From: a virus
Taxonomy: Duplodnaviria > Caudoviricetes
IMG/VR virus record: IMGVR_UViG_3300039258_000198
Coordinates: 1 to 26,504 of that record
DNA length: 26,504 bases
Reading direction: 5' to 3' (one strand)
A program made the position numbers and the translations under genes. Every line of letters starts with the position of its first letter. Positions within the stretch are counted from its first letter, which is position 1. The notes beneath the pieces are model-generated. The model saw only the letters and a list, made by a program, of their open reading frames with translations. It searched no databases and had not been told where the DNA came from. Of the stretch, positions 24,747 through 26,504 are shown in pieces.

Positions 24747-24880
24747 GGGATTGCAGGGGCTTAGTTAGCGAGACCCCGCACCGCATTACGGTCTTAAAGG
24801 GCCGTAGGAGACTCAGTTGATAATGGGTTGACGCTTCCCAAAAGGGCGTAACAGGGAGTGTGCGAACCCTGACAATCCCA
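24747..24880 (+). ncRNA. 134-nt tRNA-like structured RNA of unknown class
   Basis: 7-bp closing stem GGGATTG/CAATCCC plus an unpaired A, enclosing five hairpins; own TATA box; no ORF of meaningful length. Confidence 0.7.
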
Positions 24881-24915
24881 GAATCCTTATAAAGCAGGGT
24901 CGGGATACCTAACTC

Positions 24916-25557
24916 ATGAGTAGTGAGCGCATTCTAGTTCTCATGGCTGGCGGTTACGCGGCTGACCAAATCCAGAAGCATCTTTTGGTTGACAGCAACG
25001 GAAATCACCTCTTTGAGAGGACAATCCATGCTGTTCCAGCCGATACGGTCTGGATAATCCACAACCGAATCAATCAGGGTTGGTGGAACAAGTGGTATAA
25101 TGACAATGCTCACAGCACGTTTAGCGATAAGACCATCACACTCTTTCTGGATACCAAGGGAAGCAAGGGACAGTCAAACAATCCCTCTCTCTGGATGACT
25201 AGCGGCATCCCTGCTATAACCGTCAACACCAAGTTCAAAGAGGTCGTCTTCGGCGCGATTGACTCCTATTTCGACAACTACAACTTCATGGACGAGTTCA
25301 TCTCCAAGGAACACGCCTATGTTTCAGCAGACACCTACATAGGGAAGGACATCTACACCGACTTGATGAAGACCACCACCAAGGAACTCCTGAAGAACGG
25401 ACAGTTGCGATATGGGAGCATGAGCCAAGTTCTCTTTCAGATGATTCAGAAAGGAACAAAGTTCGATGTCATCAAGACGAAGGGCAAGTTCTTCGATTGC
25501 GGAACTTCTGGCGGTCTGGAAGCGGCAAAGGGATTTGCGACTGTCGAGCCTTTATAA
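24916..25557 (+). CDS. divergent sugar-phosphate nucleotidyltransferase-like (GT-A fold) protein
   Basis: ILVLMAGG...KHLL; FFDCGT..GL..A; TTATAAA 24887-24893. Confidence 0.6.
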   Translation: MSSERILVLMAGGYAADQIQKHLLVDSNGNHLFERTIHAVPADTVWIIHNRINQGWWNKWYNDNAHSTFSDKTITLFLDTKGSKGQSNNPSLWMTSGIPAITVNTKFKEVVFGAIDSYFDNYNFMDEFISKEHAYVSADTYIGKDIYTDLMKTTTKELLKNGQLRYGSMSQVLFQMIQKGTKFDVIKTKGKFFDCGTSGGLEAAKGFATVEPL

Positions 25558-25660
25558 TCCTTTATCAACGACAAGGCTTAAGTAGACTGTTCGCGTATCT
25601 ACAACCAATGGACGCGAAATTTAACGAATCCTTAAATACCATCATGAGGGTGGGTATGCT

Positions 25661-26323
25661 ATGAAAGGTAAGAAACCACTGATTAGTCCCGCGCTGTGGA
25701 AGTGCGAACACGCGCACACTGGCGAAGGACATCCGAACTGCTGGCGAAGGTTCCAAGAGGAATACATGAGCAAAGACCTGAGACTAGGCTATCTAGATAT
25801 TGAAGCCAACGGTCTACAGGGAGACTTCAACATCATGTATTCATGGGCAATCAAGCCGCGAGATAGTTCTCCTAAAGAAATTCTCTGGGACTGTATGCAG
25901 GTTCCAGACGAACCACTTGCTGAGACTTTCGACAAGAGAACGACTCAGGCTTGTATAGACACCATGAGAAAGTTTGATGTTCTCTATACTTACTACGGAA
26001 CTGGCTTCGATATGCCTATGATTAGGACGAGAGCCTTGGATTGGGGTCTTGAGTTCCCTGCCTATGGAGAGATTCAGCACGTTGACCTCTACTATCTGGT
26101 CAAGAGCAAACTACAGTTGCACTCCAACAGACTAGCCTCTGTAGCGTCTTTACTCCATGTGGAAGAGAAGTCACCCCTAGAACCGACCATCTGGAAGACC
26201 GCAATGGTCAACCCTCATTCGATGAGTTACATCGTTCAGCACAACAAACAGGATGTTGTCGTTCTTGAGGAAGTCCACAAGAAACTAGAGACCTTCATGA
26301 AAGGAAACAGGAAGTCTCTTTAG
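25661..26323 (+). CDS. stand-alone DEDD 3'-5' exonuclease (RNase H-like, YprB/PolB-exo type)
   Basis: YLDIEA; TYYG.GFD.P.I..R; H.DLY; HN..DV; TTAAATA 25632-25638. Confidence 0.85.
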   Translation: MKGKKPLISPALWKCEHAHTGEGHPNCWRRFQEEYMSKDLRLGYLDIEANGLQGDFNIMYSWAIKPRDSSPKEILWDCMQVPDEPLAETFDKRTTQACIDTMRKFDVLYTYYGTGFDMPMIRTRALDWGLEFPAYGEIQHVDLYYLVKSKLQLHSNRLASVASLLHVEEKSPLEPTIWKTAMVNPHSMSYIVQHNKQDVVVLEEVHKKLETFMKGNRKSL

Positions 26324-26333
26324 GTGGAAAGAA

Positions 26334-26504
26334 ATGAGCGAAAATACAGGTCTTTCTGACCCAAGAAAGCATATTGGTCATTTGATTGCACCTACTCAGG
26401 AGTGGTTCGTTCTCAACACTGGATTGGGACAATATGCGATAATCAGATGTGCAAGTGATGGAGAGTTCTTTTCTGTCTCTGATAAGAGATACAAACCTTG
26501 CTAG
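26334..26504 (+). CDS. 56-aa hypothetical protein
   Basis: MSENTGLSDPRKHIGHLIAPTQEWFVLNTGLGQYAIIRCASDGEFFSVSDKRYKPC; GGTGG SD-like sequence upstream. Confidence 0.6.
   Translation: MSENTGLSDPRKHIGHLIAPTQEWFVLNTGLGQYAIIRCASDGEFFSVSDKRYKPC

Noticed and set aside
24742-24768. 8-codon ORF MSGLQGLS after the TATA box
   Set aside because: ATG is only 18 nt from the box, shorter than other genes, and the RNA fold explains the region better.
24747-24880. Canonical tRNA, SRP RNA, RNase P RNA or known small ribozyme
   Set aside because: No TTCGA 7-nt T loop or 7-nt anticodon loop, and none of the SRP, RNase P or hammerhead core motifs were seen by eye.
25578-25664. TTAAGTA box, 18-codon ORF at 25608 and 7-bp inverted repeat TTCGCGT/ACGCGAA
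   Set aside because: Short, imperfect signals that could arise by chance; not enough to call a gene or RNA.
1-26504. Diversity-generating retroelement, integrase/att site or stop-codon recoding
   Set aside because: No reverse transcriptase, adenine-specific repeat pair or recombinase seen; genes end normally at TAA, TAG and TGA.

Overview
A 26.5 kb stretch of an archaeal tailed-virus (HK97-fold, Caudoviricetes-like) genome or provirus. The host is probably TACK-type (Nitrososphaerota/Bathyarchaeia-like), inferred from archaeal TATA-box promoters placed 23-29 nt before start codons and a single-OB-fold SSB. The head module comprises a prohead protease with a zinc-finger-rich tail, scaffold, cement protein and major capsid protein (9027-12978). 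A second, divergent capsid paralog lies at 1-888. A fibre module (13132-19279) is built around a 1196-aa protein with about 50 tandem 18-19-aa repeats. The window also holds five free-standing endonucleases, five small zinc-finger ORFs missing from the ORF track, a translationally coupled minus-strand operon, a trypsin-like protease, a nucleotidyltransferase-like protein and a 3'-5' exonuclease. The most unusual items are: (1) an AdoMet-decarboxylase/SET-domain fusion with substitutions in both signature motifs; (2) a promoter-driven 134-nt tRNA-like structured RNA; (3) the capsid paralog with a replaced central domain; (4) KKEE-delimited zinc-finger modules on the prohead protease; (5) a possible string-and-beads fibre; (6) a layout in which stop codons sit inside the next gene's TATA box. 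All family assignments come from motif recognition by eye; no searches or folding programs were run. No portal, terminase or integrase was recognised in the window.
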